Shown here: piece by piece, positions 63,967 to 64,000 of the stretch
Position numbering within the stretch: the first letter of the stretch is position 1
Layout of the letters: every line of letters begins with the position of its first letter
NCBI GenBank assembly: GCA_051362555.1
Contig: CM120642.1
Location: 9,486,001 to 9,550,000, forward strand
Reading direction: 5' to 3'
Length of the DNA stretch: 64,000 nt
Source of the DNA: Lingula anatina
Lineage: Eukaryota > Animalia > Brachiopoda
Made by a program: the position numbers and the translations under genes
The notes under the pieces: generated by a model
What the model was told of the DNA's origin: nothing
The model's database searches: none
The model's input: the letters and a program-made list of their open reading frames with translations, nothing else

Positions 63967-64000
63967 GTAATAGTTGCCATAATATATGTTAGGCAATAGT

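Overview
AT-rich, intron-rich eukaryotic (invertebrate metazoan, probably lophotrochozoan) DNA. By hand-splicing I find four host genes. (1) A 30-coding-exon KIF14-like kinesin-3 gene (minus strand, ~9.1-29.2 kb). (2) Head-to-head with it, a 19-exon type-I membrane protein with about 7 CUB domains, one LDLa, a TM helix and a short YxxL tail (30.3-48.0 kb). (3) A 5-coding-exon secreted polyprotein (52.1-58.2 kb): two Kunitz domains, several furin sites, an HQFGH pseudo-zincin domain that resembles a bacterial protein family, and about 5.5 eight-cysteine repeats. (4) The 5' part of a Polycomb-like (PHF1/MTF2/PHF19) gene, which runs off the window. The window also holds an intronic tRNA-Leu(AAG), a 5'-truncated RTE-X-like LINE, a Tc1 remnant, two families of Helentron-like non-autonomous elements (one carrying a 146-bp satellite), a long-TIR foldback element and several MITEs. 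The most unusual items are the Kunitz/pseudo-metalloprotease/Cys-repeat chimera (candidate domesticated horizontal transfer) and about 2.1 kb of unexplained coding-like sequence in a KIF14 intron. Exon boundaries come from reading GT/AG sites and phase by eye. Family assignments come from motif recall, not database searches.
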